A stretch of 64,000 nucleotides of DNA from Candidatus Bathyarchaeota archaeon (GTDB lineage: Archaea > Thermoproteota > Bathyarchaeia > Bathyarchaeales > Bathyarchaeaceae): assembly GCA_963697165.1 (NCBI GenBank), contig CAVOMX010000011.1:96001-160000 (forward strand), in the 5' to 3' direction. The position numbers and the translations under genes were made by a program. This document shows, piece by piece, positions 21,148-32,215 of this stretch. The notes under the pieces were generated by a model. It ran no database searches. It was not told the origin of the DNA and saw only the letters and a program-made list of their open reading frames with translations. Every line of letters starts with the position of its first letter. Positions within the stretch are counted from its first letter, which is position 1.

Positions 21148-21286
21148 TTTATGTCCCTCGAGAACCCAATTATCCCTCACGATTCATTCCTCGTTTCATC
21201 TCAACAACTTAAGCATTAATATAAAAGTTTTTCTGTGTCGCCCAACTTCTCTTTCACGTTAACTATTTCATTGATGTCTGACAAAA

Positions 21287-21478
21287 TTGCCTAAGGTCTT
21301 TTGGGAAACACACAGCGCTCTCCCAAAAGAAGGACCGGGTGATAACGAGCCAACAAAGAAAACATACCTGATGCTCGAAGGCTTGCCAGAAAATCCGCGA
21401 TTACTGGACATTTGTTCGAGTCCGGGTGTGCAGACAATCGAGTCTTTTCTTTCTTTTAATTACCAACGCTCGTATTAA
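21287..21478 (+). pseudogene. Class I SAM methyltransferase N-terminal remnant
   Basis: FWETHSALPKEGPG..LLDICSSPGVQT with a degraded GxGxG; truncated. Confidence 0.65.
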
Positions 21479-21551
21479 CTCCACACGCATGCGCACACGC
21501 AAGAATTTAAAAGCAATATGTCCTAAATTGCTATTCTGGGGAACAATAGAA

Positions 21552-21833
21552 ATGAAATTTAGTGATTTGATTGATGAAGATGTTTTTGCTCAAGGCGTAA
21601 AAATTGGGGAAGTAAAAGACATGTATATTGATCCTCAGGAATGGGAAATAACCCATCTTGAGATTCAGTTGACAAAAGAAGCAGCTTTTGAAATACTGGG
21701 AGCAAGAACAGCAATTCGAAATAGTTTATCGATATCAGCTCTAAAAAAAGGAACCGCTTGTTGCACAGATAATGGGATAGAACTAAAACTCTCACTAGCA
21801 CAACTACACATCTACTTAAGGCCTCCAGAATAA
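21552..21833 (+). CDS. PRC-barrel domain protein
   Basis: SDLI..DV..QGVKIGEVKDMYID..EWEITHL. Confidence 0.8.
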   Translation: MKFSDLIDEDVFAQGVKIGEVKDMYIDPQEWEITHLEIQLTKEAAFEILGARTAIRNSLSISALKKGTACCTDNGIELKLSLAQLHIYLRPPE

Positions 21834-22429
21834 CTCGGACACAAAAAACCCACACACGCACGGATTGTAGCTTAAAGAGAATAATGAAAGTTAAGCTAGA
21901 AACTCCTAATTTCTCCCTGTTCTATACGCGTATTAGTTGGCTGTTCCTTGTTTGCTAATATCTGAGATAATCTTAATATGCTCCAGAAAAATTGTTATTG
22001 TTTTTGGGTAGTGCTTGAAATGGATCTAGTTCAATTCGCTATTGGTTTGATTATGATTCTGATTGTGAATAGCGATAATAATTAGTCCAGAACTTGCTAC
22101 AATTATTGCTGCTGTAATCGTGATTTTGTGAGCATTAGGAGTTTATGATGCAGTTTACGGAACAAAGAACTAATCTTTTTTCTACTAGATCAACAAAAAA
22201 GGCGCAAAGGAAACGTGCTTGGCTTATTTTATTCAGAAATCAGAATTAACTTTTCTACTTTCAAGGAAACATGAAAACGATAACAACAAGAGAATACATC
22301 GAAAAAACCATTACAAAACAAGAAAAACAGCTAAAAAACAATTAATAGCAAAAAAGCATCAAGAAAAAACGGAAAAAAGTTGAATTTTAACTCCTAAACA
22401 CATGTATTCTCTGATTTTTCAGAGATTTT

Positions 22430-22918
22430 TTGCAAAAAACCTATTTACCATCATCTCTTAAATGGATAATGATAATTATGCTGAGTATTGGGCTAGGACA
22501 TCCTAGGTTCCTTCATACAGACCTGAACTTTTTGACACAAGTTATAACTTTATTGATAATTTTTCTAAGTCTCTACTACAAGAAAAAAGGCAAAATAAAA
22601 CTACACGGAACAACTATGGGACTCGCAGTAATTCTACACGCCCTTACTTTCGTTTTGGTGATGGGCCCTATATTTTTCCAGAATTTCGAGTTCTTTTCAA
22701 CCGAAACTAGTTTAGCGTTGGTTCAAACTATTTGGTTACATGCAGTTCCAGGAGCTATCGCTCTAATATTGGGAATATTCCTTGTTGCAATATGGGCTGT
22801 ACAATCTTCAAAAGTTTCTGCTTGTTATTCACGGAAAAGAATTATGGATGTAACGCTACTGCTTTGGGTATTTTCATTAGTGTTTGGAATAGCTACTTAC
22901 GTACTATTCTATTTCTGA
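22430..22918 (+). CDS. DUF420-like membrane protein
   Basis: Four TM segments with K..KLHG..M and WLHAVPG motifs. Confidence 0.6.
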   Translation: MQKTYLPSSLKWIMIIMLSIGLGHPRFLHTDLNFLTQVITLLIIFLSLYYKKKGKIKLHGTTMGLAVILHALTFVLVMGPIFFQNFEFFSTETSLALVQTIWLHAVPGAIALILGIFLVAIWAVQSSKVSACYSRKRIMDVTLLLWVFSLVFGIATYVLFYF

Positions 22919-23017
22919 TGTTGTCAAGTACCTTCAGACTCTTCAGCTGTTGTTTGGTAAAAAGATTTAACAGAATCAACTATTCTATTTGTTTAATCAC
23001 TTACAGAGGGACAGAAC

Positions 23018-24676
23018 TTGAGAAGCGACGCAATAAAAGTTGGGTTTCAAAGGGCTCCTCACCGTGCCCTATTAAAGGCTCTTGGACTTGCAGACGATGA
23101 TATGAGCAAACCATTCATTGGCGTAGTGAATAGTTACACAAATGTGGTTCCTGGACACGCCCATCTAAATCAGGTTGCTGCAGCAGTGAAGGCAGGCATA
23201 ATTAGCGCCGGCGGTGTTCCCTTCGAATTTAATACTATAGGGATCTGTGATGGAATAGCAATGGGTCACAGCGGAATGCGGTATTCTTTGCCCTCTCGGG
23301 AACTGATTGCCGACTCTGTTGAGGCTATGGTTGAAGCTCACAGATTTGACGGCATAGTTCTGATCAGCACATGTGATAAGATAACTCCCGGAATGCTGAT
23401 GGCAGCGGCTAGACTCAACATCCCGGCAATAATGGTAACTGGGGGTCCAATGCTTTCGGGAATCTATAATGGAAAGAAAGTGGGAACTGATTCAATGTTT
23501 GAGGCAATTGGCAAAGTTGCAGCAGGCACAATGGATGAGAAAGAATTGAAGTGCCTTGAGGATGTTGCGTGTCCTACTTGCGGGTCGTGCAACGGAATGT
23601 TTACTGCAAATACTATGGCCTGTGTAACTGAGGCTCTTGGCATGTCCTTGCCTGGGTGTGCTACTCCGCCTGCTGTAAGCGCTGAAAGGATGAGAATTGC
23701 AAAGGCAACAGGAAAAAGAGTTGTTGGATTAGTAAATGAGGGCTTGAAGCCCAGAGACATTTTATCTTCTGACTCTTTTGAGAATGCTATTATGGTGGAT
23801 ATGGCTCTTGGAGGCTCAACTAATACTGTGTTGCATGTTACGGCTATTGCAAATGAAGCCGAAATTGATTTGCCCTTATCTCTCTTTGATAAGCTGAGTA
23901 AACGTGTTCCCCATCTGTGCAGCATGATTCCAAGTGGACCCTACGATATGCAAGACTTGGATGAGGCAGGAGGAATCCCAGCAGTGATGAAACAACTCAG
24001 CGGCGCACTTCATCTAAATGCAATAACTGTAACAGGAAAAGCCGTCAAAGAAAACATTGCGTCTGCTGTTGTTTGTAACCCTGAATTGATTCGCCCATTT
24101 GGTAATCCGGTTCATCATGAAGGTGGAATAGCCATTTTGAAGGGAAACTTGGCTACTGATGGAGCCGTGGTTAAGGCTGCGGGTATATCAGCCAACATGA
24201 TGGTCCACCAAGGTCCTGCTAAAATCTTCGATTCTGAAGAGGCTGCAATGAATGCCATACTGAACAAAAAAATTCAGAAAGGCGACATAGTGGCCATCCG
24301 CTACGAAGGACCAAAAGGAGGACCAGGAATGCGCGAGATGCTCTCTCCTACCGCTACCATCGCAGGGATGGGCTTAAGCGAGTCCGTTGCCCTAATTACT
24401 GACGGAAGATTTTCCGGAGCAACCAGAGGACCATGCATTGGACACGTATCGCCTGAGGCTGCTGTCGGCGGAACCATAGGCCTACTGAAAGATGGCGACA
24501 TAATAGAAATTGATGTTCCGAAAAGAAAACTGAGTGTGAAACTGAGCGATGAAGAACTGGCTAAACGTGCAAAGTCTTGGACTCCAAAAGAACCGAACGT
24601 TAATAGCGGCTACCTTGCACGATATTCTCAGCTTGTTCAGTCTGCACACAAGGGAGCTATCCTGAAACAGGACTAA
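23018..24676 (+). CDS. ilvD: Dihydroxy-acid dehydratase
   Basis: [52 protein letters not shown]. Confidence 0.98.
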   Translation: MRSDAIKVGFQRAPHRALLKALGLADDDMSKPFIGVVNSYTNVVPGHAHLNQVAAAVKAGIISAGGVPFEFNTIGICDGIAMGHSGMRYSLPSRELIADSVEAMVEAHRFDGIVLISTCDKITPGMLMAAARLNIPAIMVTGGPMLSGIYNGKKVGTDSMFEAIGKVAAGTMDEKELKCLEDVACPTCGSCNGMFTANTMACVTEALGMSLPGCATPPAVSAERMRIAKATGKRVVGLVNEGLKPRDILSSDSFENAIMVDMALGGSTNTVLHVTAIANEAEIDLPLSLFDKLSKRVPHLCSMIPSGPYDMQDLDEAGGIPAVMKQLSGALHLNAITVTGKAVKENIASAVVCNPELIRPFGNPVHHEGGIAILKGNLATDGAVVKAAGISANMMVHQGPAKIFDSEEAAMNAILNKKIQKGDIVAIRYEGPKGGPGMREMLSPTATIAGMGLSESVALITDGRFSGATRGPCIGHVSPEAAVGGTIGLLKDGDIIEIDVPKRKLSVKLSDEELAKRAKSWTPKEPNVNSGYLARYSQLVQSAHKGAILKQD

Positions 24677-24726
24677 TCCTGTTTTCCTTTTTAAGCCAAA
24701 ACGGGTCAACTGTTTGCGTGTTTGGT

Positions 24727-25887
24727 CTATTCAATTATGTTGTGGTACCAGTTTAGTATGTACTCTGGCAGAATGAGGCCTTTCACGCTTAATTTTTCCG
24801 TCAATAAGATGGGTAGGCAACTCAGTACATAGGCTGCTCTCATGTAGAACCTTCTTGGTTTTCCCTGTTCAACTACCTCTTCAAGTAGAATCTTCAGGTC
24901 TGAATTCAGGTCTAGAGCTGTTCCTTCGCGTCCAATAACCGAGAAGACAGTTCCACCCAAGCCCCTAAACCTGTTACACCAGCCAACAACAGGCTTTGTT
25001 CTTCCTGAGTATGATATCAGAATTTCTAGGTCTCCAGCTCGTGGATGAGGCGTGTTTACTCCTCGGGCAATGTAAACGTTGTCTCCCAGAAACTTTTTGA
25101 TGTGAAACAGCCGCACAGCAGTCATTTTGGCTACTTCTTCGGCGGTTCCTCTTCCACCCAAGAAAACGTCACTGCGTCTTTCAAGAAAAACTAGTGCTGC
25201 CTCTATTGCTTCAGAATGAAGTGCGTTCTCGGTGATGGACATCAAAACTGGGGCTTCTTCAGCTATGAGCTCAATGACTCGCTCCACGGAGCTGTCTTCG
25301 GATAACGCTTCGGTAATCATCTGTAGCAAAAACAAGCTGCCAAGCTCAAAGATGTCTCCCATTATTCCTGTTTCGCTGTATATATCAGCTGAGGGCAACT
25401 GTTTCTTTTCTCTGCCCTCGACCACAACCACATGACCGTGTCGCTGAACAATTTTTGCGATTGAAGAGTTGGCGTTGGATGTTATTAGCCCCATAGAAAA
25501 ATTGGGGCTGCCAGTCTCTTCTAAATATTTTTCCAACTCTTCAGCAAGGTGCCTGGGGTCATCGGATTCTCCGCTTCCAGAACTGATTAGAAGAACAATT
25601 TTCCGATGTCTTTTTTCAAGTTCTGCGGCTGCGTCATACATTCCTCTTCCCGGAAAACCAACATCTTCCCGGGTGATAATCACTTTGGGCTCCTTCATCA
25701 TGGCTATTTGACTCATTGCCATGTTCAAAGAATGGAGGGATCTTCCTGAACCGCCACATACGATGCAATCGGCGGCTCTCAATTCTTCGTACAATGGGAG
25801 CAGTCGTTTATTAGTTATTTTTAGAAGATTTTTGGCGATTCGTTCGACATACTCTACTCCAGAAATTTTTTGGCTAATCTTCATCAC
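24727..25887 (-). CDS. Tandem SIS-domain protein (Phi/HxlB-like)
   Basis: GGSGRS..ISSGSGES and a second GGRGT..AVRLFH..ISYSGRT. Confidence 0.75.
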   Translation of the reverse strand: MMKISQKISGVEYVERIAKNLLKITNKRLLPLYEELRAADCIVCGGSGRSLHSLNMAMSQIAMMKEPKVIITREDVGFPGRGMYDAAAELEKRHRKIVLLISSGSGESDDPRHLAEELEKYLEETGSPNFSMGLITSNANSSIAKIVQRHGHVVVVEGREKKQLPSADIYSETGIMGDIFELGSLFLLQMITEALSEDSSVERVIELIAEEAPVLMSITENALHSEAIEAALVFLERRSDVFLGGRGTAEEVAKMTAVRLFHIKKFLGDNVYIARGVNTPHPRAGDLEILISYSGRTKPVVGWCNRFRGLGGTVFSVIGREGTALDLNSDLKILLEEVVEQGKPRRFYMRAAYVLSCLPILLTEKLSVKGLILPEYILNWYHNIIE

Positions 25888-26017
25888 CAACCATAGAACA
25901 ATATGTGCCATGAACTGTTACAGTTCCTTAAACCTACCGAGGACGTGCAAGAAAGTTATTGATCATCATCTAATAACTTTTATCCACGAGACAAACTATC
26001 TGCTTGAAGTTGTTGTT

Positions 26018-27046
26018 TTAGGGTGAAGTCTCTTTGAAAGCAGTGGTTGCAACTTCTGTTACTGGTTTTCCGTCTTTATAGGAGCACTGTATTCCAAATT
26101 TTCTAACCGCTTCTACGCATAACGCTGGATCACATAGGGATGTGCTTAGATATTTTTCTCCACCATCTGGAGCTATCGCCACTATCACTCCTTTGTCGAT
26201 CTCGCGTGCCTTCTTTGTGGCTATATGAAAAATGGCTCCTGAGCTCGGTCCAACAAACAGGCCTTCTTGAAGAGCTAAAAGCCTCGCCGATTCCTCAGCA
26301 TCCTTTGGAGAAGCCGTACGTATTTCATCTACTCGTTCAAGTTTCCAGATGGTTGGAACATACTGAGTCTTGAGGTTTTTTAGTCCTTGAATCTCACTGC
26401 CTATTTCTGGTTGAACAGCTATTATCTGAATGTCTGGATTAAGTTCTTTTAGTCTACGCGATACGCCCATTAATGTTCCACTTGTGCCTAAACCCGCCAC
26501 GAAATGTGTGATTTTGCCTTTGGTGTCTTTCCATATTTCTGCAGCAGTGGTTTCGTAGTGGGCAAGAACATTGGCTTGATTTGCAAACTGGTTGGGTACA
26601 AAGTATTTTTTCGGGTCCTGTTTGGATATCTCGTGGGCTAGGTCCTCGGCTCCGTCCATTCCTTTTTTTCCTTCGCTCAGGATAACTTTGGCGCCTAACG
26701 CTAACAGTATCTGGCGTCTTTCTCGTGTCATTGTGTCAGGCATTACGAGAGCTAGGTCATATCCTTTTACACGGCAAACTAGGGCAAGTCCGATGCCTGT
26801 GTTTCCGCTTGTGGGTTCGATGACGATCATTCCCTTTTTTAGTTGCCCACTCTTTTCTGCGTTTTCGATCATATATTTGGTTATACGGTCCTTGACTGAG
26901 CCGCCTGGGTTAAATTTTTCAAGTTTTATTAACATCTCGATGTTAGGGTTTGGGTTTAGATGGTTTATTCTTACCATTGGCGTGTTTCCGATGCATTCTA
27001 AGATGTTGTTTGCGATCATTTGTTTCACCATTGGGTTTTGCCTCAT
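26018..27046 (-). CDS. cysK: Cysteine synthase family PLP enzyme (CysK/CysM)
   Basis: IGNTP, NPGGSVKDR, EPTSGNTG, GLGTSGT, PDGGEKYLST. Confidence 0.92.
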   Translation of the reverse strand: MRQNPMVKQMIANNILECIGNTPMVRINHLNPNPNIEMLIKLEKFNPGGSVKDRITKYMIENAEKSGQLKKGMIVIEPTSGNTGIGLALVCRVKGYDLALVMPDTMTRERRQILLALGAKVILSEGKKGMDGAEDLAHEISKQDPKKYFVPNQFANQANVLAHYETTAAEIWKDTKGKITHFVAGLGTSGTLMGVSRRLKELNPDIQIIAVQPEIGSEIQGLKNLKTQYVPTIWKLERVDEIRTASPKDAEESARLLALQEGLFVGPSSGAIFHIATKKAREIDKGVIVAIAPDGGEKYLSTSLCDPALCVEAVRKFGIQCSYKDGKPVTEVATTAFKETSP

Positions 27047-27187
27047 GTTTCTATAACGCTGTTAAAAAGATTTTGTGGTTAACTAGAATATGGCCTATAT
27101 AAAATAGAGAATAACCAAAAAAGTAGAACAGAAGACTGGTTTACATAACGTTCTAATACCTCTAGGCGACTCCAATACGAGGTCACC

Positions 27188-28240
27188 ATGTGTTGTGCAT
27201 CTTCAGACGATTACTTTACTGACTCTGTTAAGGTGCAATCTTTTGAAGAAATTCAGATCATAGTTGAGTCGGAATTTGATGTGACCGAAAGTTATGTTGA
27301 GCATGGTGTCCCCACATTCCATGTGAATTATCGGGAGGACTCAAAGGAAGCTTTCCTGAAGCTTGTGAAACGTCTGGACTCTCTAGAGCTCATTCCACTT
27401 CTTAGGCAGAAAGACGAAAAAGTTGTTCTCCAAGTCTTGTCGAAGCCTCCCTCACAACCCAGCCGAAACATAGTAAATGTTGCATTGTTTTTTGCGACAC
27501 TGGGAACCGTTTTCATCTCCGGATACTATCAGTCTGCCGATATTTTAGGCGCCCTACTCTTTACTGGAGCGATAATGGCTATACTTGGTTCTCATGAGAT
27601 GGGACACAAGCTATTGGCAAACAAACACGACGTTGAAGCCACTTACCCATATTTTATTCCAGGTCTTCCACCTATTGGCACATTCGGAGCTCTCATCCGA
27701 CAGAAAGCTCTTCCCCCAAACAAGGACGCCCTCTTTGACATAGGCTTCACAGGACCAATAACAGGCTTCATAATCGCAGTTATAGTGACCATCATAGGAA
27801 TCCAGCTGTCTTCACTTGTTCCCGCAGACCCCAATTCATCATTACTTCCTGTGCCTCTCATGTTCCAGCTAATCGTAACGCTGTTTCCGCCCAACGGTGC
27901 AGGAGCACTTATACTGCTGCATCCTGTTGCCTTCGCAGGTTGGGTAGGCATGATCGTAACTATGCTAAATCTTGTTCCTTCAGGAATGTTTGATGGCGGT
28001 CACGTGGCTAGAGCCGTAATTGGGGGTAAAGCACACAAAATTGTTTCATACTTAGGTATCGCTTTGTTAGCTATCACCGGATGGTGGCCTATGGCTGTCC
28101 TTGCGCTCTTTTTCTCTTCAGCTAAACATCCCGGTCCTCTAGATGACGTGTCCAACTTAACAACAAGCAGAAAAAGTGGCGCCATCGTACTGGCTGTTGT
28201 CTTCATTCTGTCAGTGGTTCCAATTGGATTATCATTTTAA
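27188..28240 (+). CDS. Site-2 protease (M50 family)
   Basis: HEMGH, GTFGA, NLVP..FDGGH. Confidence 0.92.
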   Translation: MCCASSDDYFTDSVKVQSFEEIQIIVESEFDVTESYVEHGVPTFHVNYREDSKEAFLKLVKRLDSLELIPLLRQKDEKVVLQVLSKPPSQPSRNIVNVALFFATLGTVFISGYYQSADILGALLFTGAIMAILGSHEMGHKLLANKHDVEATYPYFIPGLPPIGTFGALIRQKALPPNKDALFDIGFTGPITGFIIAVIVTIIGIQLSSLVPADPNSSLLPVPLMFQLIVTLFPPNGAGALILLHPVAFAGWVGMIVTMLNLVPSGMFDGGHVARAVIGGKAHKIVSYLGIALLAITGWWPMAVLALFFSSAKHPGPLDDVSNLTTSRKSGAIVLAVVFILSVVPIGLSF

Positions 28241-28290
28241 GTATTAACCCTGAACATGCAACAGAGAGCAACCTCAAGACAAGACATGTT

Positions 28291-28963
28291 CTATTTCATT
28301 TTTTGAAAAACCTTTTTGGCGAAGAGCCTCAGTCCATTCAGGTCAGGAAGATCGCCGAAAAACAGCATAAAATGTCGGCATGCTGAGCCGTCACCCTTAG
28401 TGTCAGTTTTTCTCCGCATCCCCCAATAACTATGGAGGGATGGGGCTTCTGCAAGGGCTTAGGTTCACAAACAGTGTCCCTTATACTGTAATATTTCCCG
28501 CTGTAGTTTGCTTTTTCTTCTGTCCACAGTTTTTTTATTATTTCTACTGCCTCATTCAAACGTTCTATCCTAGACTTTGGTGCTAGAAAAGGGAACCCGT
28601 AGGCGTAGTGTTCGTTCTTCTGGACTCCCGCTCCAATACCTAGCTCTAGCCGCCCATTTGATATGTTGTCAAGGGTTGCAGCCATTTTGGCGAGCAACGC
28701 GGGGTTCCTGAATGAGTTGCAGGTCACCATGTTACCCAATCTTATTGTTTCAGTTACTCGTGAGAGAGCTGAAAGGGTTGTCCAGCACTCAAGAATTGGC
28801 ATTTTGTTTAGCATCAAGTGGTCGTCCAGCCAAACCGAAGAGTATCCTAGCCTTTCACATTCTAGGACGGCATCTTGGATCTGATTAAACAACTGTGAGG
28901 CTCTTTTTCAGTTCTGAACGTGTAACAAGGAAAAAACACGCCAAACCTGATTTTATCTGGCAC
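28291..28963 (-). pseudogene. LLM-class (probably F420-dependent) oxidoreductase, frameshifted and internally deleted
   Basis: GTG start MPDKIRFGVF out of frame with the core (SVWLDDH, RNPALLAKMAATLD, PKPLQKPHP); the core then jumps to the terminal LFFGDLPDLNGLRLFA in another frame. Confidence 0.75.
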
Positions 28964-29122
28964 CTGCATCTCTCCTGTTGAATAAAACTTATTGTCCTGC
29001 CTTTGAAATGAGTTGTCGCCAAAAACTAATATATTTTAAGCATTTGTAAACAGGTCCTCGTGAAAATGCGTGACAACATCAGCAACGAACTATTGTAAGT
29101 TTCTTTGACGTTTGATTAGATT

Positions 29123-32100
29123 CTACACGACTGCAACGTACACTTTCTTTTTGTCCAGCTTGTTTTCGTGCCACTCGACTTTAATTTTTGCCCGCTCCCT
29201 TTGAACATTAACCTTTTTGGCGCGAACAAGCCCCTCCATCTCGACAATGTATGGTTTTAGCAGCTCTATGTCATTCTGGTCTAGTTCCGCAATGTGGACT
29301 GCTTCAACAATGTCCGTGGGCGAGAATCCCAACTCTTTTCTGAGTGCTTGAACCCGACGGGCTAGGTCACGCATGAGTCCTTCTCCCTCAAGAGAGTCGT
29401 CACGAATTCTGTCAAGCAGAACCTGTGTTTCACCCTCAGAAGCCATTGCCCATATCTCAGAGTCAACTTCAGGAAGCTCATCCGCATACTCAACCGCCTT
29501 TATGTTCCCCAGTTCAAGAAATAGCGCTTCCAGTTTCTGGATTGCTTCCTGAACCTTTTTAGGTGCAGCAACCACTGCTTTCGCTAAAGGCCATCGCCGT
29601 TTCAGTTGAGCATCCTGCCTTGCAGAATAAATGATAGGAAGAGTTTGTAGTAATATTTCGAATTCTTCTTCTAGGGCACCGTCTTTTAGGTCTGTGTCTG
29701 GTTTGGGCCAGCTTTCCAGATTCACTGTTTCGGGTAGAGAATCATCCAGTTCCTTGTAGACTGTCTGGTACAATGCTTCGCTCAGGAATGGCGTTGCGGG
29801 GTTAGAGATGAGAACCAACGTTTTCAGGACATGCCATAGGGTCGAGTAGACTGCCAGTCTGCGGTTCAGCGTTTCTGGGTCGTCGCTCCATAGGTCTTTT
29901 CTGATCATTGGGACATACTCGCGGCTCAAAATGTTGACGACAAAGTCTTCTAGTTTAGATAACGCAAAATTGAATTCACATTCTTCTGCTCTTTTCGTGA
30001 ATTCCCTTACGAGACCCTGCAGTTTTGATAGTAGCCATCTATCTGGGGCGTTTAGGACATTCTCTTTTTTGGACCATTGAAGTGTGTGCGTTTTTGGGTT
30101 GAAGTTGTCATATTTTGCGTTTTGCATGAAAAAGTTGTGAAGGTGATAAAGTGTGCTTAGAACTTGGTATGGGCGCCCCTTCAGTTCTTGGGTGTCAAAG
30201 TTCATTGAGTCGATTGGTGAGCATTTCCACAGAAAGTAGAAACGACTGATGTCTGCTGAGCGTTCCTGTAGCAGCTTGTTGATTTCCAGCACGTTTCCAA
30301 GGCTCTTGCTCATCTTTCTGCCTTTAGCATCCAAAACAAAGCCCTGAAACAGAAACTCCTCGTAGGGCGCTTCAGCTTTGCCTGTTAATATGACATGTTC
30401 GATGAGAAGCGAGTTTCCCCAACCTCGCGTCTGATCCACAGCTTCAGTCAAGAAGTTGGTTGGAACTAGCTTGCAGAATTCTTCTTCTGTGAATCTTGCG
30501 TAGGGTGAGGCGCCACTGTTGTGCCAGACATCCAAAACAAAATGTTCTCTAATCATTCTGCCGCCGCATTCGTCACATTTCAGTATCACGCGGTCTATCC
30601 ATGGTTTGTGGAGTTCAAAGTCTTTGCCGGGCAGCTCCAAGGCTTTATCGATCAGCTCTTTTTTGCTTGCCACCAACGTTTTGGCTCCGCATTTTTCGCA
30701 GACCCAGATGGGCAATGGTGAGCCCCAGACTCTGTCTCTTGAAATGCACCATGGTTTTCCTTCTTTCAGGAAGGCAAGGAACCTGTTCTTTGGGCTTTCA
30801 TAGAAGTATTTTACCTTCTGTGCAGCTTCCATAACCTTGTCGTTTATTTTGTCTGACCAGATGAAGTATTCTCTACGAGCCATCCACACTAGCTTGTGGT
30901 GGGACCTCCAGCATGTAGGATACTCATGCTTTATGGTCTTTATTTTAAGCAGTAGTCCCCTGTTTTTGAGTTCCTCTACAACCATGCTGTCTGTTTTTCT
31001 GACAAAGAATCCCGCAAACTTGCCTGCTTCTTCTGTGAAAATTGCCTGTTCATCGAAGGGGGCGAACATGGGTAGCTTGCGTTTCTGGGATGCTAAAAAG
31101 TCGTCTTCGCCGTTTGCTGGCGCAAGATGCACTATGCCTGTGGCTGTGGTAACATCAACGAAATCCTCCGCTACTACCGTGTGTATAAGGGGGGTTTCGT
31201 CAAGTTCTGCCTGTTTGGGAATCATGTCCTTGAAGGGGTAATCGTATTTTGTGCCCACCAAGTCTTTGCCCTTAATGACCTTGAGAACTTCAAATTTTTC
31301 TATTTCCAGTTCTTTCATGATGGGTTCGACGCGTGCTCTTGCCAGAATCCACACTTCATTGCCCACTTTGACTCTTGCATATTCCTCTTTAGGGTTAACG
31401 CCTATGATCATATCCGTAACTAGGGTGAATGGCATTGTGGTCCAGATAACAAAGTACTCGTTTTCTGTTCTGTCTACTCGGAACTTGAAGTGCATAGAGG
31501 GGTCTTCAACCTCTTTGTATCCTAGTCCCACTTCGGCGTTGCTAAGGGAAGTCTGGCAGTGGGGACAGTATGCAACAACGTAGTATCCTTCTCCGAGGAG
31601 GTTCTGTTCCCATGCACGTTTTAGATATTGCCACTCCCGCTCAATATACCTGTCCTGATGGGTGTAGTATGCTTTGTCATGGTCTATGAAAAGGCCCAGC
31701 ATAGTGTCAGCCTCAACCCATTCGCGGTGATACTTCATGATGCTCTTTTTGCATTCCTCAACGAAGAGTTCTTCACCTACCCGCCTTATCAGTTCCTTCT
31801 TGTTTTTTGCTCCAAGAGTCTTCTCTACCGCCAGTTCTACGGGTAAGCCTTGGCTGTCCCAGCCAGCCCAGAATGAAACATAAAAATTCTGCATTGTTTT
31901 CAGGCGATAATGGAAGTCTTTTATGACTCTGCCTCGGGCATGACCAACATGCGGGATGCCATTTAATGTTGGGGGACCCTCAACGTAACCTAACAGTTTC
32001 TTATTGTTTTTTTCTCGATATTCTGCAAGTTTTTTGAGGGTTTGATTTTTTTCCCAAAATGCACGAACTTCACTTTCAAGCTCGAGCGGATTATATTTTT

Positions 32101-32143
32101 GGGTCAACAAAAGTTTAGAATCAGCCTTGAATTTCGCGGTCAC
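29123..32143 (-). CDS. ileS: Isoleucyl-tRNA synthetase
   Basis: EGPP..PHVGH, GWDSQGLP, WTTMP, WCISR, DQTRGW, KMSKS. Confidence 0.96.
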   Translation of the reverse strand: MTAKFKADSKLLLTQKYNPLELESEVRAFWEKNQTLKKLAEYREKNNKKLLGYVEGPPTLNGIPHVGHARGRVIKDFHYRLKTMQNFYVSFWAGWDSQGLPVELAVEKTLGAKNKKELIRRVGEELFVEECKKSIMKYHREWVEADTMLGLFIDHDKAYYTHQDRYIEREWQYLKRAWEQNLLGEGYYVVAYCPHCQTSLSNAEVGLGYKEVEDPSMHFKFRVDRTENEYFVIWTTMPFTLVTDMIIGVNPKEEYARVKVGNEVWILARARVEPIMKELEIEKFEVLKVIKGKDLVGTKYDYPFKDMIPKQAELDETPLIHTVVAEDFVDVTTATGIVHLAPANGEDDFLASQKRKLPMFAPFDEQAIFTEEAGKFAGFFVRKTDSMVVEELKNRGLLLKIKTIKHEYPTCWRSHHKLVWMARREYFIWSDKINDKVMEAAQKVKYFYESPKNRFLAFLKEGKPWCISRDRVWGSPLPIWVCEKCGAKTLVASKKELIDKALELPGKDFELHKPWIDRVILKCDECGGRMIREHFVLDVWHNSGASPYARFTEEEFCKLVPTNFLTEAVDQTRGWGNSLLIEHVILTGKAEAPYEEFLFQGFVLDAKGRKMSKSLGNVLEINKLLQERSADISRFYFLWKCSPIDSMNFDTQELKGRPYQVLSTLYHLHNFFMQNAKYDNFNPKTHTLQWSKKENVLNAPDRWLLSKLQGLVREFTKRAEECEFNFALSKLEDFVVNILSREYVPMIRKDLWSDDPETLNRRLAVYSTLWHVLKTLVLISNPATPFLSEALYQTVYKELDDSLPETVNLESWPKPDTDLKDGALEEEFEILLQTLPIIYSARQDAQLKRRWPLAKAVVAAPKKVQEAIQKLEALFLELGNIKAVEYADELPEVDSEIWAMASEGETQVLLDRIRDDSLEGEGLMRDLARRVQALRKELGFSPTDIVEAVHIAELDQNDIELLKPYIVEMEGLVRAKKVNVQRERAKIKVEWHENKLDKKKVYVAVV

Positions 32144-32215
32144 CGCTCATCCACGACACCAAATTAAACCCTTGAATTCTCAAGCACAAATATAAAGCTT
32201 TAAGCGTTCTTGTTT

